Origin: Eledone cirrhosa
Lineage: Eukaryota
DNA: 64,000 nt
Direction: 5' to 3'
Assembly: GCA_964016885.1 (NCBI GenBank)
Contig: OZ024742.1
Span: 243,288,001 to 243,352,000, forward strand
The first letter of the stretch is position 1. Each line of letters opens with the position of its first letter. Made by a program: the position numbers and the translations under genes. Shown here piece after piece: positions 44,081 through 58,362 of the stretch. Under the pieces are notes generated by a model. It had not been told where the DNA came from, searched no databases, and worked only from the letters and a program-made list of their open reading frames with translations.

Positions 44081-44989
44081 GTATATATGTATGTATGGAT
44101 GGATGCATGGATGGGTGGGTAGATGGATGGATGGATGGATGGATGGATGGATGGATGGATGGATGGATGCATAGATGGATGGATGGGTGGGTAGATGGAT
44201 GGATGGATGGATGGATGTATGTATGGATGGATGTATGGATGTATGGATGGATGTATGTATGGATGAATGTATATACGCGCACACACATAGGTTGGATTTA
44301 GAAACAATAGAAAAGCGATAGTTTTTACGTGTAATAGAAGTTATTTATTTTTTCAATGTCAAGGTTTTACTCCGTCGCTACTCTGAGTCTCTTATTACAG
44401 TTTTACAGGTTATGTGCGCGTGTCGGTGTCTATGTGTGTTTGTGTGTGTGTGTTTATGTGTTTGCGTGTGTGTGAGAGAGAGAGAGAGGGAGAGTATGAT
44501 ATGTGCGTGCTCGCATGTATAATGAAAGAAGGAGGAAGATGAGAGCCGTAGAGAAGTAGGATGGGATATTTAACAATATTGCGTCATTGCTACGATCGAC
44601 AAAGGAGGTATTTTAGTGCAATGGCAGCATGACCGACAGATCATAAATGATATTTTTGTTTTAAACAAATATCGGTTCTTCGTTGCAAGCATCGCACTGA
44701 ATTACTCACTTTAAATGATTTTAGAAACTCATAAACACAACAGCTTCCCAAATTGAACAGATCAATGATCAAAACCATCCTAGACGTGACCCAGTGACGT
44801 AGCTAGAATGTGTCCCGCCCAGGGAAGCCCTTCAGTTTGCTGTACCCGGGCCCCCACAAAAATACATATTGCTCTTAAAATATATATATATATATAAATA
44901 TAACTCTTAAAGTTTTTTTTATATATATATATATATATAGTAAAAGAATGAAGAATAAGATGGTCGGCTGTACAAAAGGGTCTATTTAC

Positions 44990-45103
44990 AGTATTAACAA
45001 TTGTTTCTTTAATCAGGTGAGTCTAAAAGCCACTGATGATCGTTAGAAGTTACGTCATTCGACCTTAATTACAGTCTATGCCTGATCAAATCGTCAGAAT
45101 ACC
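44990..45103 (-). ncRNA. Type I hammerhead ribozyme motif with ~70 nt insertion in helix II
   Basis: GGTATT-CTGACGA-TTTGATCAGG...CCTGATTAAA-GAAAC-AATT-GTT-AATACT. Helix I is 5-6 bp and helix II 10 bp. Lies in the 44940-45222 insert between (TA)n tracts. Confidence 0.75.
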
Positions 45104-45219
45104 GGCCACCCGACTAAGAAAAATTCTTGTTGGGTCAAACAACGCCGTACGTTAAAACTATCCTCAACACGGAGTACTCATAACCTCTAGCTGAATTACC
45201 TTAATCGATACCTTGTGAT

Positions 45220-45348
<129 letters not shown>

Positions 45349-46879
45349 GCCTTCTGATTTCATTTTACATTACGTACATGACTGTATATTTTAATTATTT
45401 AAAAAGTTATTTTTAAGTGAAGAGGATTTTTCAAAAAATCTGTTTAAATGAACGTGACCCAACCGGTCGCGGGTGGTCTAGTTGTTATCTTTTGGGGCTG
45501 GAAATTTTTTTATAACAATAACTCGCTGATAACATTAACCAGAGAATATAACAGTATTCGGAGCCTGTTTGAGACTAATTTTGTCAACAACAACCATTTG
45601 ATAACATTAATCATGATTATAATAAGCGGCTTCAACTATAATAGAGAAAAAAGCACAAATTCGGTACAATAAATCTAACGCATTACGAACAATTTGTCTC
45701 AAATATAAATTTGTTTTAGAAAAAATCTTCGTTGTAGATTTTCATTTTTTTATAGCTAAAGATTTATTTACTAAAACATAAGTGCTATTGCTACCGGAAA
45801 TAAATTAGAATGCTAGAGTACAATTTCGTTTCGTTAATATTTTAATAACATCATGGTACCAAATACTTGAGAATTATTCGCCAAATAAACTTTTCAAGAC
45901 ACTTCTTTGCCACTTAAGTTTTACTTTCAAATATCGCCATAATCCTTAGAGAGAGTGTGTGTGTGTGGGGGGGGGGGGGGGTTGTGTGTGTGAGTGTGTA
46001 AGTATGTTTGCATAGGTATCAGTATTTAAGTATGTGTATGTGTCTGAATGTGTGTATGTGTGAGGGTATTTGTCTATGTATGTGTGTGATTATGTGTATA
46101 CACATTTTGTTTATTGTGTGTACATACATGTTTGTGTGCGTGCATATACTATGCGTATAAGGTTGCCTCTTGTAAAAACTTATGTTTACAAACTTACACA
46201 GGCCATATTTTACTGATTAGATCTGATAAGACCGAAACATGTCTTTAACTCTCGCCTTGCTCGCGAATAAAGTTCAGGTTTTCACCTAAGCATGAAACAG
46301 TTTTTGTGAAATATATTCTTGAAATTATCTCACCTTTCCGCCTTTTTTTTTTTTTTTTTGCGAGCCACTAATTCTTGCAGTTAGTTGTAAGATTTTTCTT
46401 ACTCCAACCAAAACTTATATGTTCACTCATTAGAAATTGTTTGTGTATGTCCTCCTTATGTGAATTAGTTAAATTCACATATGGTGTATTAGAATTGTTT
46501 GTTTCAATTCACTTATTGTAATTATGCAAGCTGAACTGGCCAAAGTTATTCGTAATACAATGTGTGAAGCTCGAATTTTCGAACTTACGGAACGCTAAAG
46601 AAATAATTTTATGAGATGTAGGATGTTCAAGTGCAGAAAATAACTGCAATTACAATGAGTTGCTTAAAAATAGCTTATAAAAACCGGCTAAAGAGCCTTA
46701 GAGACAGTTGCTATAAACGCTGTTTTATAGCAACTGACTGTGCTTGCAGTTATTTTCTGCACTTCAGCATACTACATCTTATAAATAAATATATATGATA
46801 TATATGAATACATATATATGTACTCTGTTCTAAACATAGAGCACTCATTTTTCCTTTGCTTTTCCTTCGGAATTACCTA

Positions 46880-47033
<154 letters not shown>

Positions 47034-47078
47034 AGACCGAACGGACCAACAATCATATTATATACCTATCTCTATATC

Positions 47079-47122
<44 letters not shown>

Positions 47123-47415
47123 GGTATTTAAAAGCATCGTGTTGACCGGAAGTTAGATGATGAAAATACACCATTAATGAGTGCATTTGGTTATTTCGTG
47201 TACAACAGTTACTAGTTACAACTAGTTACAACTAGTTACATACCAACAGAATCAATGTCTAAAGTACATCACTAACCTTGCACGCGCTTCAACCAAATTA
47301 GTCATCGTATGTGTATCATAAAAACACTGTGTGTATGTATCTATGTATCTATGTGTCTATGTGTGTATGTGTGCGAGTATATATACATATATACACACAT
47401 ACATATATAAAAACC

Positions 47416-47447
<32 letters not shown>

Positions 47448-47927
47448 TACATGCAAAAATACATATATATACATGCGTATACACATACATACACATACAT
47501 ATATACATGTAAAAATACATATATGCATACATACAGCATACATACATACAAACATACATACACATACATATATACATATAAAAATACACACATGCATACA
47601 AACATACACATACATATATCTATACAAACAAAAATACATACACATACATCTATAAATATATACAAACATACATACATAAATATATACATACATACATACA
47701 TACAAATATACACACCCATACATACATACATACATACATACATACATACATACATACATACATACATACATACATACATACATACATGCATACGTACTTC
47801 ATATATACGTCATACATACACACATACATCCATAAATATATAAACACATACATACATACATACAAATATACGCACACATACATACAAATATACATACATA
47901 TATAGATACATACATATATACATACAT

Positions 47928-49035
47928 GATGGCTGCCCCCTCGTTATCGAGTATGGCCATTGCACGATATACCATTATTAATAATTATTAATTAATTCTA
48001 TCGTGCAATGCCTGTGCGTGAAGATATTTTTTAAAGTGAGGAAAGACTGTGCACTGAGCCAATCCCACTCTCTGAGCGACAGTAGCTATAACCTGAAAAG
48101 AAGAAAAGATCAACATCATCGGTAACTACTGAGCCGCAGGTTTTATATCGGAGTTATCCCAGTTTCCTGAGTTGCCTTCTCCTAGAAGAATGCCCTGACA
48201 AAGGCTAGGGGTCCTTCACTTCCAGTGGTTTAACCGCGCGTACATGTGTATATACATATTTACACACTTTTGGATGGCCGTTGACTCTTATGAGTTCTTC
48301 CGCCCTTTGTCAGGTTTTGTTTTTTGTCCTGCAGGGTGTCCAAAATCACCCTCCTCGCCAAGTAAACTTGGTGGGGTTGCCGGTTTAGTCGCCGACGATC
48401 CGACCATACGACAGGTTGTACTGGGTTACATGTTACCAGTAGCACTCAAGAGTGACCCGACATACATACATACATAGATGGTGGCTGCCAACTCGTTTTC
48501 GAGTACGGCCACTACTTTATATCCATGTAAGAGAACCCCTACCGATGCGCTAAACAAGTGTGACTTTTTAGTCCAGCCAGCGACTTGAAAACTCTGGTAC
48601 AAACACTACACTTGTGACAATTATTGACACATAGTGCTGAGCCCATGGTACCATGTGACGACAAGTGCAGAGAGATCTCCAGATATAAAGCAATGCCTGT
48701 GCCGTGAAGCTTTTATAGTGAGTAAAGGCACTGCACAAAGCCAGTCCCACTCTCTTAACCAAGATAATATTTACCAAAAAGAAGAACAAGTCAACATCAT
48801 TGGATACCATCAGGGTTGCAGGTGTTATATCAGAGTTTTCCTTCTCCTAGAATTCTGCCTTGACAAAGGCTAAGGGGTCATCTCTCCAGGTGATTTTGGA
48901 TGGCCATTGACTCTTATGAGCTCCTTTGCCCTTTGACAGGTTTTGTTTTTAGTCCTGCAGGATGTCCAAAGTCACCCTCCTCACCAAGAAACCTTGGTGG
49001 GGTTGCCAGTTTAGTCGCCAACGACCCGACCATGA
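47928..49035 (-). mobile_element. Two tandem RTE-derived SINEs
   Basis: 47928-48443 is a diverged subfamily. 48478-49035 is a near-identical reverse complement of the 7696-8287 element. Confidence 0.75.
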
Positions 49036-51179
49036 GACATACATAGATACATACATACATACATACATACATACATACATACATACGCACACACATACAT
49101 CCATAAATATATACACACATGTATCCATAAACATATACATACTTACAAATACACACACACACATACGTACATACATACACATACATACATACACACACAC
49201 ACGCACACATACATATGGGGGTGAATTCGAATGTTTTTCTTTTTAATTATTTGTAGCGTGGGGGTTGGGGGTATGTGTGTGTGTGTGTGTGGTGTGTGTG
49301 TGTGGTATGTGTGTAAATTTGTAAATATTTATGGCTTGCAGGTGTACATGTTTGTGGTGTGAGTGTGTGTGTATGTGTGCTGTGTGTGTGTGTATGTATG
49401 TGCTGTGTGTGTGTGGTATGTGTGTATGTGTGGTATGTGTGTGTGTGTATGTGGTATGTGTGTGTATGTGTGTGTTTGTGTGTGTTGTGTTTGTCTCAGG
49501 TCTGTGTATGTTGGGAATGTGTGTTGTGTGTGTGTGTGAGTGTGTGTGTGTCACGCGTGTGTGTATGCTGTGTGTGTCAGGTGTACATGTGTGTGGTGTG
49601 AGTGTGTCTGTGTGTGTGTGTGTGTGAGGTGTGTGTGTTATCTGTTATTTTCTTATATTACAGATGTTTGTATATAATCTAATCATTTGATAATGTTATG
49701 AAAATATATGAAAAGGTATTTCTATATCTCTCTATTCCCTCTCTATATCTCTCTCTATTCCCTCTCTATATTCCCTCTATATATATATATATCTATTCCC
49801 TCTCTCTATTCCCTCTCTATATATCTCTGAATTCCCTCTCTCTATTCCCTCTCTATATCTCTCTCTATTCCCTCTCATTTTCTTCTCTTTTGCTTTCATC
49901 TTTTCCTTTCTTCAGTCTCCCTTGCTCTCTTTTTCCTCCCGCACGTGGGTTCTGTCCTATGTCAATTATTAGTATTGTTTTAGAACAGATTTTCATTAAG
50001 GTTTATCGGCATTTCCTATTTTTTCACCGGTGAAATCCATAAATTGATTTAAAGGCAATAACTAAGACCCTTTACTCACTTCCCGTCAATAATTAGACTC
50101 CTACAATTGATGCACTTCGGTACTTAATGACGTTGTAAGCACATCTTTCCACTACAGGTAGTAAGTAAATATAGTGGGGGAAGTTCAGACACTTACTACA
50201 CCTGGTATTCTACGCGGTAACGCTTTTACCGTTTTGTCCGCGGGGTGCGGCTGAGGTATAGCTTTGTTGGAGTGTAGTTCTTGACCTTCCCCCTCTCCCT
50301 TTCGTTTATTGCTTGATCATTTCCCTTTTCTTTTTTCCCCCCTTCCTTTTCTGTTTCCTTTAACCTTTTAGCATTTAAACCGGCTATAACCGGCCGGAAC
50401 TCTCTCACCTCTTTCTGTTCAAACCGGTTGTAACTGGCTGCTCATACCTACATTAAGGTATTGTTCTCAAAATAAATAGCATCAAAATTTTGTAGATTCG
50501 ATATTGTGTGAGATTATTATGTAAGGTAAAGCCTTTACTGTGAAAATATAATGATTTCTAGTATAGGCACAAAGCCAGTAATTTGGGGGCAGGGGAAGGT
50601 CGATTAAATCGACCCCGTAAGGATAAAAGGCAAAGTTAACCTCGGCGGGATTTCACTCAGACCGTAAAGGACCGTAACTCTATGCTGCAAAGCATGGTAT
50701 CCGACTCATTACCGATACTGCCAATCCGCCGCCCTGCTGTGAAAATATAAAAGTAAATATTGAGTAATGTAAATTGTAAGGGGTTAATAGTGTGTTTTGT
50801 ATTCATTAGATACTACTCAATTATTTTTATATAATGTCAATGACTTTTCATGACATTGTGAAATTTTGTATGTTGCATAAATATATTTAAACTGAATTAT
50901 ATTTTTAAACAAGGGCGAATATAGCAAAGGAACGCCATTAAACATACGATCTCCATTCAGATCATGCGTTTGCGGTCTTGTCCGCGGGGCACAGCCCCAA
51001 TACCACCGCACCCTAGGCCTAGAGCCCATGACCCTCCCCACTTTCCCCTCCCATCCTTCTGTGACCCCAGAGCCCTTACTCTTCCTTTAATTTTCCGTTT
51101 TTAAATATCTGTAGAATTGTTGTTATTTGAAATAGATTTGTTTAGGATTTTTTTAATTTTTATTAATAAAATATTAAGG

Positions 51180-51780
51180 ACAGTGGGTCGGTAGAGGGTC
51201 GGACGCCATTCTTTGCAGCATAGAGTTACGGCCCTTTATGATCTGAGTTCAAATCCCGCCGAGGTTAACTTTTCCTTTCATCTTTACGGAGTCGATAAAA
51301 TAAAGTACCAGTTCCGTACTGGGGTCGATTTAATCAACTTCCCCCTCCCCAAAAATATGCTGGCCTTGTGCCTTGTGCCTAAAGTAGAAACAATTATTAA
51401 TAAATTAGTATATGGCGGTGAATTGGCAGTATCGGTAGAGGGTCGGACGCCATGCTTTGCAGCATAGAGTTACGGCTCTTTACGGTCTGGGTTCAAATCC
51501 CACCGAGGTTAACTTTGCCTTTCATCCTTACGGGATCGATAAAATAAAGTACCAGTAATGCACTGGATCATTATAATCGATTTTCCCTTTCCCTTCAACT
51601 TGCTGGCCCTGTATCAAAGGTAGAGACAATTATTATTGAAGTAAAGGCGTTGGCTTGGCTTGGCAGTATCGGTAGAACATCGGACAATATACTTTGCGGC
51701 ATATAGTTACGCCCCTTTACGCTCTGAACCAGCTGGTAATTTGCTGGCCTTGTGCCAAAAGTAGAAACAATTATTAATAA
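51180..51780 (+). mobile_element. Cluster of three tandem tRNA-SINE copies
   Basis: Repeated consensus head-to-tail. Similar clusters at 53130-53480 and 60480-61105. Confidence 0.8.
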
Positions 51781-53759
51781 ATTATTTATTCTGTATGTAA
51801 AAAAAAAAAAGAATTACTCATCAATGATGCTACTCTGTGCTCTACCCTCAATACTAGTTAAGTTGTCTTTCAATGTAACTGCTTCAAATTTTTGCGAAAA
51901 TGAAATTTATTCCTGCTCGTCTGTGTGCCTGCACACGAACGTGTCGATATGTGTATGTCGGTTTATGTAAACACGTGGCAGCAGGGGTTTGTTAACTTAC
52001 TTCTTCCAATTGAGATGCAAATAATTACTACTGTTAAAGACCATATGTTTATTAATAATGTTAATATAATAACTATATCACCACATATATATCTATTCAT
52101 CTAAGTATATGTTATATATTTAATCTAATGTAGTGCAAATGTGTGGAAAATTTGCACCACAGCATCCGGAATTCTTCATCAGAACTGTGTTGTAATGAAT
52201 TGCGTGCAAATACAGTTCTTCTTAAGAATAGTGCAAAGATGGTAGGAAAAATAGCAATGAAATGGATAGAAATATAAAACAGAGAATTGGGGTGTTAAAG
52301 GGAGTTGAACTAATCGCAAAAATATTAATTTAAATTTCAGAATGTTCTCCCCTGCCTTCCTTGACCAAAATTAATCGTATTTTTTCTGTCCTACATGAGT
52401 AATTTTGATTGATATTTATTGGTCTACTGCATTGCCTATGTTAGCAACGACTTAAATAATATGTATAAAACCTTGTTATTACTCTGAGGATCACAAGCAT
52501 CGAGTAGGAATGTCGTTGGTCAGATATAGGAGATATATATATTATTACATAACATACAAAATAACATCCACAGTGAAAAACTGTGTTTCAGTTGACTTGG
52601 CAAAGATAGAGAGTTAGTTTTCTTTGATCTTTTTTACGGGATATTAATAAACGAATAGCATAAGAAACTATGATCTGTGCAAAGTATTAAAAGTTTTAAA
52701 GCTTTAATTTTAAAAAGAAAATCGAAAGAATATATTTATTTTGAAAAAATATGTTCCTTTTTCCTCCTGTATTTTGAAATATGTATTATGGTAAAGTATA
52801 TGGCTTGCTTGGCCTGGAGAGGGATGAGCTCTGCCAGACTTTAAAATGCCCAAGAAACGCCGTGTGTCAATATGGCGTCCCTACTCTATGAGGAGTTACG
52901 GGACCATACATACATATGGCTTGCTTGTCTAGGATATATGGAGAGAGAAATGGAAACAAAACGATGGCGTATTAGGTTAGGCAACGTTCTTTCTTGCGTA
53001 ATTGGTTTTAGAAAAAAAATTGAAATTCATTGAACACGAAACAACATGCGGGGGAATTATATAAAAACATAATGAATTACCAATATTTCACCGATAACCT
53101 ATATTATTAGGAGACCTATATTATTACGGTTGATTGGCAGCATCGGTAGCGCGTCGGACACCATGCTTTGTAGCACAGAGTTACGGCCCTTTATGTTCTG
53201 AGCTCAAATCCCGCCGAGGTTAACTTTGCCTTTCATCCCTACGGGGTCGATAAAATAAAGTACCAGTAATACACTTGGATGATTGCTGGTCTTGTGCCAA
53301 AAGTAGAAGCAATTATTTTTCCAAATCGTGGGCGGCGGATTGGCTCTATCGGTAGCGCGTCGGACACTATTCTTTGCAGCATAGAGTTACGGCCCTTTAC
53401 GGCCTAAGTTCAAATCCCGCCGAGGTTAACTTTGCCTTTCATGCTTTAGGGTCGATAAAATAGAAACAATTATTATAAAATAGAAACAATTAGTACGAAA
53501 CAGTAAAAACAGCGTTTTGTTCGGAACTTGTTAAAAATATACTTATTGCTCTTTAAAATGTGCACTCTTACGAAATCCATTGAGTCCAAATGTTAGAAAA
53601 TAATTGTTTTTACTTTTGGCACAAGGCCAGCAATTACCTCAGTGCATTACTGGTACTTTATTTTATCGACCCCGAAAGACAAAGTTTTTGCTCCCAGTGT
53701 ATTCAAGTGGGGAAAATGAATTGTACTTGTAATTCAAACCACTATCCTTACCACACACT

Positions 53760-53924
53760 CGGTGCTGGAATTACCATTGTGCTTAGGTGTACTTAAGCAC
53801 AAGGTCCCTTTGGCTAGGGGCGCCCATCTTCCTGTCAAAAACATTTTTTACCTCTTTCAGGGCCCAAGTTAGGGGCCTCAAAACTTAACTACACAGGGCC
53901 TCATTTGTCCTAAATCCAGCGCTG
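53760..53924. mobile_element. hAT-type MITE
   Basis: TIRs CGGTGCTGGAATTA/TAAATCCAGCGCTG; 8-bp TSD CACACACT (53752-53759, 53925-53932). Confidence 0.8.
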
Positions 53925-54063
53925 CACACACTGGATCACACTGAATTTCCCTAAGAACTAGTTTAATGGTATATGTGCCTGAGGAATGCTCAGCTACTTC
54001 ATGAGCTGGCTGTTCCATTGTTCGAACAACTGAAACACTCGTCGTCAGAATTGACGGAGATCC

Positions 54064-54130
<67 letters not shown>

Positions 54131-54654
54131 GCGCACATACACACGCACACACATATACGCACATACGCACACATTACGCAATTAAATCAGTAAATTAAAG
54201 AGATTTTCATTGAGATTAAATGTATTAATTTATAGGCAGTGTGTCACCTACTTGTTCATTTTCTATTGGTTGTTGGACTATTACAGTTACTACATTCCAC
54301 TAGTGGGGAACTTGAGAGGTATATCTACTCAACATTGATGCAATGATACCAACAAACACTTGAACCTATTGGAATGTTTACAATTAATATATAAAATGAG
54401 TTTGCCATGCATACTTCCGCAAATTAAGTTATACACTTAACACAGCATGGTATTCATGGAACCAATTTGTATCATTTCTATAAAGAAATCACATATATAT
54501 AATATACTTTTAGTATTTAGCTAGTTTTAGGCATAAGCTCCTGGCCATTCTGGGGCACCGTCTTCAGGGGATTAAATCGATTATATCAATCCAGCATTTT
54601 TTCAGATCTAGTACTTTTTGTCGAACCGTTACATAAACAAATAGTAAACACACG

Positions 54655-54706
<52 letters not shown>

Positions 54707-54709
<3 letters not shown>

Positions 54710-54925
54710 GTAGAACACTGGAAGGTAATATCCGTAGTGGTAGAGCACTCAGTCCATGGGACGAGTTAGGTACAAGTGGTTACACAACAGTTAGTTCACC
54801 ATACCGAGAACAATTGTTTCACCTTAGCGGATCCTCAGCTTGTATAACCATGTCCATTACGAGCTGAGGATCCGCTAAGGTGAAACAATTGTTCTCGGTA
54901 TGATGAACTAACTGTTGTGTAACCA

Positions 54926-54928
<3 letters not shown>
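54707..54928 (-). mobile_element. Fold-back PLE-like element carrying a hammerhead on each strand
   Basis: Arms 54774-54844/54858-54928 and tail 54707-54773; flanked by (TA)n. Confidence 0.75.
54858..54900 (+). ncRNA. Minimal type I hammerhead ribozyme motif
   Basis: TACGAG-CTGAGGA-TCCGCTAAGGT-GAAAC-AATT-GTT-CTCGGTA. Mirror copy on the minus strand at 54802-54844. Confidence 0.75.
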
Positions 54929-54988
<60 letters not shown>

Positions 54989-55098
54989 GCACATGTGCAC
55001 ATACAAACTCAAATCAGTAACTTAAAAACATTTTCATTGAGATTAAATGTAATAATTTATAAGCAGTCTGTCACCTACTCAAGCACTATATATGTATG

Positions 55099-55176
<78 letters not shown>

Positions 55177-55392
55177 CTCAAAAATGGCTGGCTGAATACG
55201 CACGTGTGTTTTTTTCTCCACTTTTTCCCCCGATCCTTCCTCTTCTCACTTTTTATCTTTCTATTTTATCTTCTGTTTCTAACTCTATCTTCTGATGTAG
55301 GACTAGTGTCCGAAACGTTTAGACTCTTTTCTTGATATTTCAAGCGTTAAGCTAATATATTTCTTCAATGTATTTGCTTTGTTATTTCTGTT

Positions 55393-55466
<74 letters not shown>

Positions 55467-56233
55467 CGAGTAAGTTACATTCCACTTGAAAACAGAGTTG
55501 ATCAGTTATACATACAACTACAGCTAGAAGAGAATGGCTGATTGGATGTGACGAGTGCAAAGAAGCATAAGAGAATGGTGTTGGTTGGTATGTAAAAAAT
55601 GGTTTGAAACTACGTATTGAAAGAGTAAAAGCATCACAGATCACAGGTGTTAAACAAAATAAAAAGATTAAATGAAAAGTGGCGTAAAGAAAGCCATGAC
55701 TAAATTTTAGTTGGATGAGCAAAGCTATGCATTGGTCAAGTCGAAAGCAATGTGGGGGAGGAAGTACTCAGGAAAGAATCGGCGGTAATGTTAGTAATTA
55801 TTTCCTTGAAGCTTGAAACTTAAGATTGGATCCATGCAGCTCGGGTCTTAGAAGAAACTATATCAATTTCTAATTGTAGATTTACTGCTACTGTTGTTTT
55901 TGTCATGGCTCACACCTCCGTAGATTCAGGTGAACACTTTTGAGGGTGCACCTCATTGAAATTGTTTTAATAATAGAGTTTTATTCCTATGATGTCACCA
56001 TTTTCTGGTGACTGGAGGAAGAATTTGAAGTCAGAATGCTACTTATTTATTGACACCGAATAGATGAAAGGTATGAATTCAGGGTGCAGAGAGCCGGGAC
56101 AAATAGCAGAAGACTTTGCAAGTTGTGAATTATGTCATGAGAAATGTAAGAATATTTCTGACACCATAATACTAATTCATGAATGACTTAAAACTGCCTG
56201 CAAGAAATGATCAGCTGAAAGGCTTACTAAAAA

Positions 56234-56402
56234 CAGACCTGTCCGCTCTCTTCATCGGGGTAGGTGAAAGATGTCTTCTTTTGTAAAAATGAGTATAGCT
56301 TCCACTATGTAAAATCTCCCCATTTTGCCTCATTTCTCCCCGTTTTGGGGCACATTTTTTCATGATACTGCCCGTTTGGGTTTCTGGAGATTGGCAGATC
56401 TG
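56234..56402. mobile_element. MITE, second copy of the 9499-9690 family
   Basis: CAGACCTGTC...TTGGCAGATCTG with CTAAAA flanking both ends. Confidence 0.7.
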
Positions 56403-57586
56403 CTAAAACCATTATGTGAACCTTGCGCAGAAGTAACATGAACTTGGAATAGGAGAAATGTAGCAAAATTACCAAACAATGCGCTAGCTTTACAAAACTA
56501 AAAATCACTTTAAAAAGTATTGGATATGGAAGTCTGATTTTTAAAACAAGAACAACCAGATTCATATTTTTAACAAATATCGCAAATCTATGGCCTGCTG
56601 GTCAAATATATCTTGCAGATTCATTTTATCCGGTGCATAAAATTAATGAATTATGTGACGTTGCATACAAAAATTCTGCGTTTTCTGCATCAATCTTTTG
56701 TTAGCAAAAAATAAGATTCCAAACCATGATAAACGAAAAAGTCTCATTTTTTGCAGTAATCTAAAACAATTTTTGTTTTATATTAATACAAAATTAGAGG
56801 TACCTTCAATTGGTAAAAAAGTTTACCCGGGTTCGTCCACTGGATTGGCCAAAATAACTTTCATTTTACTGAAAAACATTTATTTAGTTCTACATGAATT
56901 TGTTTTCTTATTTGGGCACATTGCCAACATATTTTAGGGTAAGGGGAAAGTCAACTATATCGACTGCAGTATTTAACTGCCACTTTATTTTATCGAGCCG
57001 AAAAGTATTAAAAGCAAAGTTAACCTCCACGGGATTTCAACTCAGAATGAAAAGAGCAAGAACAAATAGCATAACGCATTTGTTCGACGTTCTAATAACT
57101 CTGCCAATACACCGCTGGGGGTCGATAAAATAACGCACCAGTAATGCACTGGGGTCTATTTAATCGACTTTCTCCTCCTCCTTCAAATTGCTGGCCTTGT
57201 GCCTATAGTAGAAATCATTATTTAATCGCCACGGTGTAATCATAAGGTGTAAAAACATTCTCAATCCAACCAGCCTCTAAAATGTTTGCTGAGTCCTGGC
57301 TTTAGAAGATGAAATACAAATTTAGAATAGCAAAACGGGAAAATCTAGACAGATCATTTGTTTGAGCATTAGTATTTTATTGATGCAACTCTGGAAATTG
57401 AATTTGATACGACGATAATTTTCGAACCCATGTCACGCAATATTTTATCTTTTTCCAATCGTATTAGATCAATAAAAAAGAACTTTTATTAATCTTTTTA
57501 CTTTTGATATTGTTTTGGTTTTTCCCCTTCCAGTCACATATCCATATTTTCAAATATAACATTTAACTGTTTCTCTATTTACACAG

Positions 57587-57768
57587 GCCTGCCCGCCGAG
57601 AAGAAGGAGTGGTACAGAGCGGCCCGTACAGAGATTGAATACAAAAAACTGAATGATGATACCTGGGAAATCAACGTTGGTATTGTAGGAGTACCCAAGG
57701 GAAGAACATTCAAGTTCAAATTTGGTCAAACTTATGAATCAGCTTCCATTGATGGATCTCCGATGCAG
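57587..57768 (+). CDS. Internal exon (exon 2 equivalent) of a fatty-acid-binding protein / iLBP family gene
   Basis: Polypyrimidine tract plus acceptor (tttctctatttacacAG) and donor GTaaag. The 182 bp exon starts in phase 1 and ends in phase 0, and reads without stops: (G)LPAEKKEWYRAARTEIEYKKLNDDTWEINVGIVGVPKGRTFKFKFGQTYESASIDGSPMQ. The FxFxxGxxY/F..DG motif and intron phases match FABP exon 2. It is absent from the ORF track. Confidence 0.85.
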
Positions 57769-57951
57769 GTAAAGTTTTTTCGTTTAATTATAAATATCGA
57801 TTATCCCACTGAGGTTAACTTTGCCTTTCATCCTTCCGGGGTCGATAAAATAAAGCACCAGTAACGTACTGGGGTCGATTTAATCGACTTTTCCCTCCCC
57901 CAAATTACTGGCCTTGTGCCTATACTAGAAATCATTATTATTATTATTATT

Positions 57952-58362
57952 GTTCTTTGAGTCTCAGTCATTGATGTTAGTTAACTGGAAAGTTTGTTGA
58001 AATGAATATCAAGCCGCTACCTGCAGCCTCAGATATTCAGGACGTATCGGAGGGTTCTTGCTGTTCCCAGCAAGCATGCTTTTTGAAGTGTTCCAAAAAG
58101 CGGGGCTGGACTAACTTTCTTTAAGCATCCTTGGAAACTCTTTGAGATAGTACCTAGTGCGCCTATGACAATCGGGATGACCATGACTTCATGGCAGTTC
58201 CAAATCCTTTTTACCTCCCACTTTAAATCCTGGTATCGGTTAATTTTCTCCCTCTCCTTTTCTTGCACTCTCGTGTCGAATGGGCAGGCTACATCTACAA
58301 TCAGGCACGATCTTTTTTCCTTGTCCAAAACCACCAGGTCAAGCCTATTGTGTTCTAATTTC
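57952..58362 (-). mobile_element. 5'-truncated R4/Dong-like non-LTR retrotransposon (restriction-like endonuclease C-terminus)
   Basis: EHNRLDLVVLDKEKRSCLIVDVACPFD...EKINRYQDL...IPIVIGALG...LQKACLLGTARTLRYVL. Both ends lie in (TAA)n-like repeats, the known Dong/R4 target type. Confidence 0.85.

Noticed and set aside
55989-56063. MMSPFSGDWRKNLKSE as possible FABP exon 1 (GxW motif)
   Set aside because: In-frame stop before any phase-1 donor; the 3' part is a decayed reverse SINE.
57309-57365. MKYKFRIAKRENLD, weakly FABP N-terminus-like
   Set aside because: Runs into a stop with no suitable donor site.
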